NCBI GenBank assembly: GCA_963843375.1
Contig: CAWJKT010000009.1
Location: 224,001-288,000, forward strand
From: an uncultured Pseudomonadota bacterium
GTDB taxonomy: Bacteria > Oederibacteriota > Muellerivitia > Muellerivitales > Muellerivitaceae
Length of the DNA: 64,000 nucleotides
Reading direction: 5' to 3'
Shown: positions 41,746 through 50,180 of the stretch, one piece after another
Layout of the letters: each line of letters begins with the position of its first letter
How positions within the stretch are numbered: position 1 is the first letter of the stretch
Position numbers and translations under genes: made by a program
Notes under the pieces: model-generated
What the model saw: only the letters and a program-made list of their open reading frames with translations
Database searches by the model: none
Told to the model about the DNA's origin: nothing

Positions 41746-42384
41746 ATGAAAAAAGTGTTGGGTGAGCTAACTTGGGCCGCTTCTTATGTTTTTCTTGTCC
41801 TGGGATTCCGGGCTTGTCTTCATGCAGAAACGTCAACAAGTGAGGAATTGCTGGCTACCTATCCCCCCGCACAGTTTAAATTGGATTTCAAGGATGATGG
41901 GGAGCAGGATACGCTGACATTGACCTGCAAAAAGGTCAAAGATTATTCGGTGGATCCTGATACGAAAGAGAAAATCTCGGAGAAAAAGTTTGTTTGGTAT
42001 CAATTTCACATGACCATTGTTTCGCCAAACCATGAAACCCTCTGGGATGATACCTATTCAATTAAAGACGAGGATTACAGCGGGCTTTTTGAAAACTTCG
42101 ATACCCCCTTCCTAACGCCAGCGGTTTATATAAAAAAATATTTTTCAGTGAAATTCAACCACATTGTAAATTGGAAAATAAGTAAAGATGAAATCGATGA
42201 AGATTTAATTAAACAAAAAATCAAAGACACGAAAGTGAAGGTTCGGGTGGAAGATGTTGAAAAAGAGATTCTTACTGGCAAGCATACTGTCGTATTTTAC
42301 CGAGGTGACTGGGCGGTGGACTTGAGGCAGGCGGTGTATTCAAAAAAGCTTCGTAGTGCGGTTGGCTTAGCATGCCCTTATTAA
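41746..42384 (+). CDS. Hypothetical exported protein
   Basis: N-terminal hydrophobic segment; stop 9 bp before site 17. Confidence 0.65.
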   Translation: MKKVLGELTWAASYVFLVLGFRACLHAETSTSEELLATYPPAQFKLDFKDDGEQDTLTLTCKKVKDYSVDPDTKEKISEKKFVWYQFHMTIVSPNHETLWDDTYSIKDEDYSGLFENFDTPFLTPAVYIKKYFSVKFNHIVNWKISKDEIDEDLIKQKIKDTKVKVRVEDVEKEILTGKHTVVFYRGDWAVDLRQAVYSKKLRSAVGLACPY

Positions 42385-42393
42385 GGCTACCCT

Positions 42394-42421
42394 TGTCCAC
42401 GGCGGGGAGCCTTCGTGGACA
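42394..42421 (+). repeat. 28-bp site 17
   Basis: TGTCCACGGCGGG-GA-GCCTTCGTGGACA. Confidence 0.9.
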
Positions 42422-42535
42422 AGGAAATAAGGCAATAAACGGATAAATGAATATCACCCTTTTAATAGTGAATTGGATAATTGGCCCGTTTGGAATACAA
42501 TCTGAATAAGCTAATGTAAGCAAAGGGGAACGGTC

Positions 42536-42769
42536 ATGAGTCTCGCCGTCAAAGTACCTGTGGACCTTGAAAATCTTATCCAACAGCTTTCCGTGAAAGA
42601 CAAAATCAAGCTGGCCCACGAGCTCGAAAGGCAGACCCGGCGCGAACGTTGGACCCCCCTTCTCAACCGCATCCAAAAACGGACGGCCAAAAATCCGGTC
42701 ACTGATAAAGAAATAACTGCGATTGTCAAAGAAGCCAACCGGGAATTACATGGCAAAGGCCGTCGTTGA
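42536..42769 (+). CDS. Putative antitoxin
   Basis: 77 aa, overlaps the downstream PIN toxin; EI.A.VKE.R-like C-terminus. Confidence 0.7.
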   Translation: MSLAVKVPVDLENLIQQLSVKDKIKLAHELERQTRRERWTPLLNRIQKRTAKNPVTDKEITAIVKEANRELHGKGRR

Positions 42770-43163
42770 TACCAATGTATTGATTGGTATTCTTCTCGGA
42801 AGCCATAATTGCCTGGCGGTGCGCGAGGCTTTCCTGGATGGCCTTTTTGACATCCTCATTTCACCTGAACTCGCCGCCGAGTTCATCATCACCTGCCAAA
42901 AACCAAAACTTTCCAAACTCATTCATCCTGGTGATGTCGCGGACACGATGGAGCTTTTAAAAAGCGATGCGGATTGGGTTGCTCCAAAAGTTAAAATCTT
43001 CGCAATCCGTGACCCCAAGGACAATCCCGTATTGGAATGCGTTGTCGCAGGGAAGGCCGATTTCATCATTTCGGGCGACAAAGACCTACTCGATCTCAAA
43101 TCTTTCCGGAAAATTAAAATTATTAATCCTCGGCAATTTTTAATGCTTTTGAAAAGGGCTTAA
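42750..43163 (+). CDS. PIN-family putative toxin
   Basis: AVVDTNVLI, RDPKDN.VLECV..G.ADFIISGDKDLL. Confidence 0.9.
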   Translation: MAKAVVDTNVLIGILLGSHNCLAVREAFLDGLFDILISPELAAEFIITCQKPKLSKLIHPGDVADTMELLKSDADWVAPKVKIFAIRDPKDNPVLECVVAGKADFIISGDKDLLDLKSFRKIKIINPRQFLMLLKRA

Positions 43164-43171
43164 CTCCGAGC

Positions 43172-43199
43172 TGTCCACGACGGGGACCCCAAAGGAACA
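43172..43199 (+). repeat. 28-bp site 18 (divergent right arm)
   Basis: TGTCCACGACGGG-GA-CCCCAAAGGAACA. Confidence 0.82.
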
Positions 43200-43265
43200 A
43201 TAGTTTAAAGGCAAAAGGGATAGTAATTTGTTTGATGCAAATTTGGTATCATGTATAATACCAAT

Positions 43266-43694
43266 ATGAAACCATTGAGAATTGTACTGGACACCAACAT
43301 TCTCGTCTCCGCTTTAAGGTCGCGCCTAGGCGCTTCGCACCAGTTATTATTGGCGGTGGGCGACAAACGGCTTCAACTTCAACTATCAGTGGCGTTGTTA
43401 TTGGAATATGAGGCTGCCATTAAAAATCCCAATAGCGGCATCAACCTTTCGGCGGATGAAAAAGACGATATCCTGGATTATCTCTGCGGTGAAGCGAAGC
43501 ACTGTAAAGTGCATTACCTTTGGAGACCTTGCTTGAAAGACCCGGGAGATGACATGGTCCTGGAAGTGGCAGTTGCTTCGGAAGCAAGTGGGATTGTCAC
43601 TTTTAACAGGCGGGATTTTAAAGGGATTGAGGCTTGGGGCCTAAAGATTTATACACCCCAGGAAATTTTGAAGATTTTAGGAGGCCATAAATGA
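43266..43694 (+). CDS. PIN-family putative toxin
   Basis: VLDTNILVSALRS..GAS, WRP.L.DP.DDMVLE.AVA, IVTFN.RDF. Confidence 0.9.
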   Translation: MKPLRIVLDTNILVSALRSRLGASHQLLLAVGDKRLQLQLSVALLLEYEAAIKNPNSGINLSADEKDDILDYLCGEAKHCKVHYLWRPCLKDPGDDMVLEVAVASEASGIVTFNRRDFKGIEAWGLKIYTPQEILKILGGHK

Positions 43695-43930
43695 GTGCCA
43701 TTAGCTTGAGATTACCGAATAACCTTCACCGTTCCGTCCGGGAATTGGCGGGAAAGGAACATGTTTCGATCAATCAAATGATCACCTTGGCCCTTGCGGA
43801 AAAAGTCTCAGCCTTGATGGCGGATGAATATTTGGGCCGCCGGGCCAAGCGTGGAAGCAAGGCGAAATTCCTCAAGGCGATGGGGCATGTTGAAAAAATC
43901 GAGCCAGAGGCCAAAGACAAGTTACGGTGA
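43691..43930 (+). CDS. HicB-like RHH antitoxin
   Basis: SLRLP..LH..VRELA..E.VSINQ.I.LALAEK. Confidence 0.85.
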   Translation: MSAISLRLPNNLHRSVRELAGKEHVSINQMITLALAEKVSALMADEYLGRRAKRGSKAKFLKAMGHVEKIEPEAKDKLR

Positions 43931-43986
43931 CCTTCTGAGGTTTCCTTGAATTGGTTAGGCGACAACTAAAGAATGATCTGGAAGGT

Positions 43987-44014
43987 TGTCCACGACGGGG
44001 ACCCGGGGTGGACA
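43987..44014 (+). repeat. 28-bp site 19
   Basis: TGTCCACGACGGG-GA-CCCGGGGTGGACA. Confidence 0.9.
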
Positions 44015-44085
44015 ATATCAATTTGGGAAACGTTGTAAACATTTTGGTTCAAATCATTAATCCAAAAACAGGGAGGTATAAGAGC

Positions 44086-44763
44086 ATGAAAAATTATTTG
44101 AAAAACCTGGTGCTTTTGTTCTTGTTGTTGGTCCGCGTTGCGGGGGCCCAATCCGGCAACCTGCAACCAAATGATTTTGAAAATTCCGCAAAAGAACAAC
44201 TAGTGTCCCTAAAGGAAACCGTTTCAAGTTTGACCAATGAAAAAGGAGATCTCAGCGACAGGCGCGGTGATTTGACTCTACGGATATTAAAGGAATATTT
44301 GAATGACAAGGCGGATGAAGCGACATCCCAAAAGAACACACAAGGAGCCGCTTATTACCAAAAAGAGAGCTTGGACCTTCAATCATTGCATGACGATATT
44401 TATGCCCATAGCATTAAAATTAGGGACCTCAACCATCAGATGGAAAACTTGCGTGTCGGTTTATACACCGAAGTCATTGATAGATTTACCCAGAGTTTTG
44501 AAAATGATAAAAACTCCAAAGCCGTCTCAATCCTCAAGGAATGCAAAGGTTTCCTTGAAAAGGCTCAATCCATTGTGGAAAAGAAATTTGAGCTGGCCCA
44601 AAATGCCACCGAGGTTAAGAAGAATGGTAATTTCCAAACCGTACCCGATATCCGCAAGCAGATCGATGAACTTCAAAAACAATACGATAAGCTCATTTCG
44701 GACACCCAGGTGAAAATGAAACAAATTGGGTTGGATAAAAACAATCCTCTACTCAATATCTAA
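44086..44763 (+). CDS. Secreted coiled-coil hypothetical protein
   Basis: GGAGG RBS, signal peptide, heptad-like helical composition. Confidence 0.7.
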   Translation: MKNYLKNLVLLFLLLVRVAGAQSGNLQPNDFENSAKEQLVSLKETVSSLTNEKGDLSDRRGDLTLRILKEYLNDKADEATSQKNTQGAAYYQKESLDLQSLHDDIYAHSIKIRDLNHQMENLRVGLYTEVIDRFTQSFENDKNSKAVSILKECKGFLEKAQSIVEKKFELAQNATEVKKNGNFQTVPDIRKQIDELQKQYDKLISDTQVKMKQIGLDKNNPLLNI

Positions 44764-44906
44764 TCTCAATGTCGGTCGGTGATCGGGGAGGACATTTTTT
44801 GATTCTCATCCCAGGCTTCGGTCCGTTTCTCTCTTTTCCCCGTCCCCCAAAATCCCTAGTCAGAATCGCAAGTAGCGCCTTTTGAAATGTTGCAATGCAA
44901 GTATCT

Positions 44907-44991
44907 TGTCCACGGCGGGGACCCCGTTCGGCTCCCTTTGGTCGCTCAGGGCAAATTATAAGTCGTCCAATCTGGGGACCCTGATTGGACA
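44907..44991 (+). repeat. Composite junction: half site + REP-like mini-module + 28-bp site 20 (44964-44991)
   Basis: TGTCCACGGCGGGGACCC-CGTTCGGCTCCCTTTGGTCGCTCAGGGCAAATTATAAGT-CGTCCAATCTGGG-GA-CCCTGATTGGACA. Confidence 0.85.
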
Positions 44992-45056
44992 GATGAGAAG
45001 TAAGAAATATCTCGCTTGGATTGAATTTAAAGGGATGAATCTAAAAGAGGCCTCCT

Positions 45057-45971
45057 GTGTTTAAGTTATCAATGATATCAATTTTTATTTTTGCCGCACA
45101 AATCACGTTCGGCGGAGAACTTCAAGCAATAGTTTATTGTAGTGGTACTAATGAGGATGATTTGGGGTTGTGTAGTATCTCGCCCGAAGGTACAAAGCAC
45201 TCCTGCTTAAATGATCGAGATCATTCACTTTTAAATAATCATTATTCCTCTCCAGCTTGGAAACCCAAAAGCAAAGAACTTGTGGTCGAATACGCAAAAC
45301 CTGATGGGGATCGAATACTGGAATTAATTGATGGCCTTGGGAATAAGATTCGCGAAGTTAACAAATCCTTTAATTTTATGAGACCCGTTTGGAGCCCCGA
45401 TGGGAGCCACATTTATGCGTTGAAGTATGGGATAGGGCCACAAATAGGACAATGGGATTCAAATGGGATGAACTTTAAATTTGTACCCATTGTGGGCGCG
45501 CCTAACAACACGAACGCCCCTAATAGCCAAGGTGATTTTCAAATGATTTCTTTCAGCCCTTCAGGGAAAAGCGTCGCTTTGCTCAACTACGGGTTCAAAC
45601 AGATCATTGTAGCTAGTGTGAAAGAACAACAATTTGTCGCTCAAAAAGAACTTCCGACGAATTTTAATTACGTGGCCCAGTCGGCATGGCTTGATGAGAG
45701 TCATTTGCTATTTGTCGGGAGGTTAAATCCGGGGGCTGCCAATCTTTGGGAACTGAACATTGGGGATGGTTCTACGCGTTTAGTGGAAATTCCTAACCTT
45801 TCGCTTCAGGATTACTTTGCCCTCTCGCCGGATCGAAAATCAGTTGTTGTTTGCGCGACAGAAAAAAATCAAAATTTGTGTTGGAGTCTTTGGGAGTATT
45901 TGTTGGGTTCTCCCGCGGCCAAGAGACTTACAACAAGAAATCTGGATTCCGGCCCTACCTGGGGGGACTGA
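45057..45971 (+). CDS. Secreted TolB/PD40-like beta-propeller protein
   Basis: SPAW.P, PVWSPDG, SFSPSG, LSPD, PTW repeats. Confidence 0.72.
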   Translation: MFKLSMISIFIFAAQITFGGELQAIVYCSGTNEDDLGLCSISPEGTKHSCLNDRDHSLLNNHYSSPAWKPKSKELVVEYAKPDGDRILELIDGLGNKIREVNKSFNFMRPVWSPDGSHIYALKYGIGPQIGQWDSNGMNFKFVPIVGAPNNTNAPNSQGDFQMISFSPSGKSVALLNYGFKQIIVASVKEQQFVAQKELPTNFNYVAQSAWLDESHLLFVGRLNPGAANLWELNIGDGSTRLVEIPNLSLQDYFALSPDRKSVVVCATEKNQNLCWSLWEYLLGSPAAKRLTTRNLDSGPTWGD

Positions 45972-45991
45972 GTATTAACGGTTGCAAAGCT

Positions 45992-46076
45992 TGTCCACGA
46001 CGGCGACCCCGTTCGACTCGCTAAGCTCGCTCAGGGCAAATGATAGGTCGTCCAATCTGGGGACCCGGAGTGGACA
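45992..46076 (+). repeat. Composite junction: half site + REP-like mini-module + 28-bp site 21 (46049-46076)
   Basis: TGTCCACGACGGCGACCC-CGTTCGACTCGCTAAGCTCGCTCAGGGCAAATGATAGGT-CGTCCAATCTGGG-GA-CCCGGAGTGGACA. Confidence 0.85.
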
Positions 46077-46115
46077 GAAGAAAAAAGGATTGAATTTCTT
46101 GTTTAATGTCGCGAG

Positions 46116-47045
46116 GTGTTGATGCAATTCTTCAGAATAGATAAAAAAATCATCCTTTTAGTGGTTTATGCACTTCTGCAAGCCATTGGGATGAACCATG
46201 GTGTTTGGGCAGATCCGGCAGGCGTGTCCACTTCAAAAATTCAAAATGACGATCCCTGCGAAGACTTTATTCGCCAATGGATTGACGGGAAAAATAAAAC
46301 CATTCCAATCAAATTACGTGAGAGGATTCAAAAATATTTAGGGAAGGAAGTTCTCTATCCTCCGCCCATTTCCACAAAAGAGGCTCCCTTTTTTCTTCCG
46401 AAACCTAATGAAATACGGGCTAGTTTTAAAATGGTGCCCTATGCTGATGCAGAATACCAATATAAGATCGATTCTGAATTTATAGCCGCGGGGGACATGG
46501 TTGAAACGAGATATGGGAAATCACCCGTCACCTTCATGCTACATAACGTCTTTTCTTCATTCATCCAAAACCATACTTACTTCCTGGTGAATTATGAGAA
46601 AGACGATTCGGAAACGGACTCAACCGAATATTACAACCTCTATTTGCAAACATCCCCAAAAGCAGTAAGTGAATTAGTTCACGGCGCTTCCCATATTGAC
46701 TTTTTCACTCTTGGAAAAAATTCACCCATATTTGTGGTGGAGGAAAGCCAAACATTTGATGCACATTTCAAAGGTGGATTTTATCAGGTAAGGGGAGATG
46801 GAACCTTAAAAGAGTTGCAAAACTTGGAAGCCTTTAAAGTAAGTTGGGATATCGCTGATTTTGAGGGAAATGGTAATTCGGAACTCATGGTAAGTGAGGA
46901 GATGGACGTCCCCAAACGACCGACTGATTGTAAGGGACATGGAACCTGTTTTTTTCGCGAAATGAAGATCAAAAAATGGGACGGCGTCCAATACGATACG
47001 ATCGCAGATTATTTCTACATTGAACCCTGTGATGTTGTTAGATAG
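46116..47045 (+). CDS. Hypothetical exported protein
   Basis: Signal-like N-terminus; one FG-GAP-like DFEGNGNSEL motif. Confidence 0.68.
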   Translation: MLMQFFRIDKKIILLVVYALLQAIGMNHGVWADPAGVSTSKIQNDDPCEDFIRQWIDGKNKTIPIKLRERIQKYLGKEVLYPPPISTKEAPFFLPKPNEIRASFKMVPYADAEYQYKIDSEFIAAGDMVETRYGKSPVTFMLHNVFSSFIQNHTYFLVNYEKDDSETDSTEYYNLYLQTSPKAVSELVHGASHIDFFTLGKNSPIFVVEESQTFDAHFKGGFYQVRGDGTLKELQNLEAFKVSWDIADFEGNGNSELMVSEEMDVPKRPTDCKGHGTCFFREMKIKKWDGVQYDTIADYFYIEPCDVVR

Positions 47046-47059
47046 AAATAAATTAAAGT

Positions 47060-47087
47060 TGTCCACGGCGGGGACCTGTCGTGGACA
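47060..47087 (+). repeat. 28-bp site 22
   Basis: TGTCCACGGCGGG-GA-CCTGTCGTGGACA. Confidence 0.92.
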
Positions 47088-47185
47088 TGCAAAATGGGGC
47101 TAGACCTGACATTTCACCGGATTGCCACGGGGCCCCGGGTTTGATATAAGTATGGTAAGTAGTGCCATACTATTGGGGAGGCGAA

Positions 47186-47383
47186 ATGAAAATTACAACC
47201 CATATTGACGAAGCTCTCTTACGGCAGGCGAAACGCAAAACGGGTATCGTTTCTCAACGGGAAATCCTGGAAACCGGCTTACGTAACTTATTGGCGGATA
47301 TCCAAAGAAAAAGTTTCGTGAAGGATTTTGATAAGTTCCGCCTTGATCTCACACTCAATTCACTCAAAGGATCCAGGGGTTGA
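47186..47383 (+). CDS. VapB-family antitoxin
   Basis: T..IDEALL..A...TG..S.RE.LE.GLR.L. Confidence 0.82.
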   Translation: MKITTHIDEALLRQAKRKTGIVSQREILETGLRNLLADIQRKSFVKDFDKFRLDLTLNSLKGSRG

Positions 47384-47814
47384 ATCAGCTTTATCTGATT
47401 GACAGTTCGGCCTGGATTTTTGCGTTGGGTTCCAGGCCCCTGGAGGCCATACGAACGCGGGTGAAAGAATTGGTGGAAAACAATCTTGCAGCCATTACCT
47501 CACCTATCTTCTTCGAGCTTGTTTCTTCCGAAAAATCTCAGGCCCATTCGACACTATTGGCGGCGCATTTATCGGCCCTTCACCCTTTCCCCTTATTGCC
47601 AAATGAGTGGGCGGAGGCGGCCGAGTGGACTAGAGAACATCGCCAAAAAGGGCGTAAATTAAAAACGGTTGATGCTTTGATTGCCTTTAAAGCGTATAAA
47701 CACAATCTGACCCTGGTTCACGCTGATGCGGACATGGACAGGATTGCAAGCCATTCCAAATTGGAAGTGGAAAGCTATGTCCGGCAGGTTCGCTCTGTCC
47801 ATCGGAGCAGTTAA
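47380..47814 (+). CDS. VapC PIN-domain toxin
   Basis: LIDSSAWI, DALIA..A..H.L.LVH.D.D. Confidence 0.88.
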   Translation: MNQLYLIDSSAWIFALGSRPLEAIRTRVKELVENNLAAITSPIFFELVSSEKSQAHSTLLAAHLSALHPFPLLPNEWAEAAEWTREHRQKGRKLKTVDALIAFKAYKHNLTLVHADADMDRIASHSKLEVESYVRQVRSVHRSS

Positions 47815-47817
47815 AGT

Positions 47818-47845
47818 TGTCCATGGCGGGGAGGCGAAATGAAAC
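47818..47845 (+). repeat. 28-bp site 23 (divergent right arm; right boundary)
   Basis: TGTCCATGGCGGG-GA-GGCGAAATGAAAC, 3 bp after the VapC stop. Confidence 0.7.
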
Positions 47846-47920
47846 ACTTTTGTTCTAGAGGTGTCTACCACCGGAAGCCTTCGAGTGAATTGCTGATCGA
47901 ACAAAAGGATTCGAAAAAAA

Positions 47921-48163
47921 GTGAAACCTGATCAAAATAAAAAACCATCTCCTGTTTTGAGGACGGTCGTCGAGATGGGGTTCATTATTTTTCTGTTTTA
48001 TTCTAATCTTTTGATGGGGGAATTTACCCAATCCAATAGCACGCAAGGAAAGAGTTTGTATTTGGCCATTAAAGATATATTTACGGTGACTAATTTTACG
48101 ATTGCCATTGTTTCTGCGCTGATTGGTCATTTGATTTTTGAACATTTCAGAAAGAAACTTTAA
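47921..48163 (+). CDS. Small two-TM membrane protein
   Basis: Two hydrophobic helices; TAATG coupling to the next gene. Confidence 0.65.
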   Translation: MKPDQNKKPSPVLRTVVEMGFIIFLFYSNLLMGEFTQSNSTQGKSLYLAIKDIFTVTNFTIAIVSALIGHLIFEHFRKKL

Positions 48164-49080
48164 TGAATATCCTTGTAACGGGTGGGGCGGGATTTATAGG
48201 AAGCCACGTGGTGGATGCTTATATTGAGGCGGGACAACGGGTAGTGGTGGTCGATGATCTGTCTACGGGAAAAAAAGAAAATCTAAACCCCAAGGCAAAA
48301 TTCTACCAAATGGACATCTTGGACGACAAACTCCAACATTTGATGCAGGATGAAGGTATAGAACTGGTCAACCATCACGCGGCCCAGATCAAGGTGAAAG
48401 CTTCTTTGGAAGATCCCTATTTCGACGTTAAGGTGAATGTCCTGGGTTCGGTACTGCTTTTGGACCTTTGCAGGCGTGCGGGAGTGAAAAAGTTTATCTA
48501 TGCCTCCTCGGGCGGTGCCCAATACGGTGAAATGGACAAGGTTCCATTTCCGGAAACGCACCTATCACGGCCTTTTTCGGTTTATGGTGCCAGTAAGTAT
48601 TCGGTGGAAATCTACGCAGATGTCTTCGCCCAGAATTTTGGTCTGGAATATGTCATCTTGCGCTATGCCAACGTCTACGGCCCCCGCCAGGATGCTTTGG
48701 GGGAAGGTGGCGTAGTAGCCATTTTTACCCACAGCATGCTCCATGGCGGGGAATTCGTGATCTTTGGCGACGGTTATAATGTGAGGGATTATGTGTATGT
48801 GGGGGATTTGGCTAGGGCCAACCTAATGGCCATCGACTATCCACACAATGATGTTTTTAATATTGGAACGGGTGTTGGAACCACAACGAACGAGTTATTT
48901 AAATTCTTAGCCAAGGCGACGGGCCATAAGCCGCCACCCAAAAGAACAGTGGCTAGGCTGGGTGATTTGAAAAAGAGTGTTTTAGATGTGTCTAAAGCCA
49001 AGAAGCTTTTAAAATGGGAACCCAGATTTGATCTTGCAGCTGGGTTAAAAGAAACGGTTGAATACTTCGAGAAGTTTTGA
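48163..49080 (+). CDS. NAD-dependent epimerase/dehydratase (GalE-like)
   Basis: VTGGAGFIGSH, ASSGG..YG, YGASK, RYANVYGPRQ, RDYVYV.D. Confidence 0.92.
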   Translation: MNILVTGGAGFIGSHVVDAYIEAGQRVVVVDDLSTGKKENLNPKAKFYQMDILDDKLQHLMQDEGIELVNHHAAQIKVKASLEDPYFDVKVNVLGSVLLLDLCRRAGVKKFIYASSGGAQYGEMDKVPFPETHLSRPFSVYGASKYSVEIYADVFAQNFGLEYVILRYANVYGPRQDALGEGGVVAIFTHSMLHGGEFVIFGDGYNVRDYVYVGDLARANLMAIDYPHNDVFNIGTGVGTTTNELFKFLAKATGHKPPPKRTVARLGDLKKSVLDVSKAKKLLKWEPRFDLAAGLKETVEYFEKF

Positions 49081-49116
49081 ATTTTAAAAAATAAAATTAA
49101 GAATTGAAAATTAATC

Positions 49117-50157
49117 ATGAAAGCTATCATTCTCGTCGGCGGCCAGGGAACCCGCATGCGTCCATTGACCGATCATCTGCCCAAGAATATCGTGCCTCTT
49201 TGTGGTACTCCTTTCCTTACCTATCAGATTGAATATTTGAAAAAAGTCGGGATTAAAGAGATTGTCTTTTCGTTGGGCTATCGGCCCACGGATATTCGAA
49301 AAGTTTACGGAGATGGCAGGCGTCTAAAGGTGAAAATCCATTACGTTGTCGAAAAAGAACCTCTAGGGACGGCGGGCGCAATCAAGAACGCGGAAAAGTT
49401 GGTGGCGGGCCATCAAGTTGTGGTGCTGAACGGGGATATATTGACCGATATTCCGTTGAAAAAGATGATCGCCACTCATCGCAAAAACAATAATATTGCT
49501 ACCTTGGGATTGTTCCGTGTGGAAGACCCGACCGCTTATGGTTTGGTTTTATTGGATTCGAAAGGCCAAATCACCCGCTTTCTTGAAAAACCGACGGCGG
49601 AGGAAGCCGTGACGGACACCATAAACGCTGGTGTTTATGTGTTTGAACCGGCTGTTTTCCGATATATCCCTGAAGGACAAAATTATTCCGCAGAGAGGGG
49701 ATTGTTCCCGGGACTTTTAGCCGCGAAGGAACGTTTCGGAGGTTTCGTTTGGAAGGGTTATTGGCAAGACATAGGTACTCCCCGAAAATACCTGACTACC
49801 CAGTGGGATGTTTTAAATGGTTCTTTTAAGGTTATGGCCCCCTTTCAAACCAAGCGAAACAAAGTTTATTTAGGAAAGGGCGTAAAGATCGGGAAGGGTG
49901 TCCTTTTAAAAGGCCCCGCCTTGTTGGAAGAGGGTTGCGTGATAGGGGATGGGGCTGAAATTCTTCCTTACGCGGTTCTGGGGAAAAAATGTGTTATCGG
50001 CAAAAACAGCGTTGTTTCCAAAAGCGTACTTTGGGATAGGACACAAGTAGGAAATGGAATCCGTTTGGAGGAAGTGGTTTTGGGACGCCATTGCCGGGTA
50101 TCTGATCATTCCCGTTTGGGTCCTGGAAGCGTATTGGGCGATGAAGCGTATCTATAA
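49117..50157 (+). CDS. NDP-sugar pyrophosphorylase (mannose-1-phosphate guanylyltransferase-like)
   Basis: LVGGQGTRMRPLT...PK, EPLGTAG, NGD, W.DIGTP, hexapeptide C-terminus. Confidence 0.9.
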   Translation: MKAIILVGGQGTRMRPLTDHLPKNIVPLCGTPFLTYQIEYLKKVGIKEIVFSLGYRPTDIRKVYGDGRRLKVKIHYVVEKEPLGTAGAIKNAEKLVAGHQVVVLNGDILTDIPLKKMIATHRKNNNIATLGLFRVEDPTAYGLVLLDSKGQITRFLEKPTAEEAVTDTINAGVYVFEPAVFRYIPEGQNYSAERGLFPGLLAAKERFGGFVWKGYWQDIGTPRKYLTTQWDVLNGSFKVMAPFQTKRNKVYLGKGVKIGKGVLLKGPALLEEGCVIGDGAEILPYAVLGKKCVIGKNSVVSKSVLWDRTQVGNGIRLEEVVLGRHCRVSDHSRLGPGSVLGDEAYL

Positions 50158-50180
50158 TTTCAGATTCTGGACTTGAATCG

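Larger units (their letters stand above)
18536..47845. mobile_element. Integron-like array of 22 gene modules separated by a 28-bp palindromic putative recombination site
   Basis: 23 full and 3 half copies of TGTCCACGRCGGG-GA-CCCGTCGTGGACA, all intergenic, most a few tens of bp after a stop codon; none seen outside this interval. Confidence 0.85.

Noticed and set aside
18536..47845. CRISPR array (28-bp palindromic repeat)
   Set aside because: Intervals are 0.6-4.7 kb and contain whole genes, the repeats vary in their arms, and there are no cas genes.
18536..47845. Classical integron with attC sites
   Set aside because: No RYYYAAC...GTTRRRY ends, fixed 28-bp length without the attC bulge pattern, and no intI.
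18536..47845. Sites as simple intrinsic terminators
   Set aside because: No U-tracts; primary sequence is conserved while pairing is often broken; one module has its own real terminator (37581). A secondary RNA-level role is not excluded.
18536..47845. Canonical XerCD dif/pdif sites
   Set aside because: Length fits, but there is no similarity to the AT-rich dif consensus, the arms are symmetric, and the sites are co-oriented rather than alternating.
18536..47845. Prophage or ICE
   Set aside because: No structural, replication, conjugation or integrase genes.
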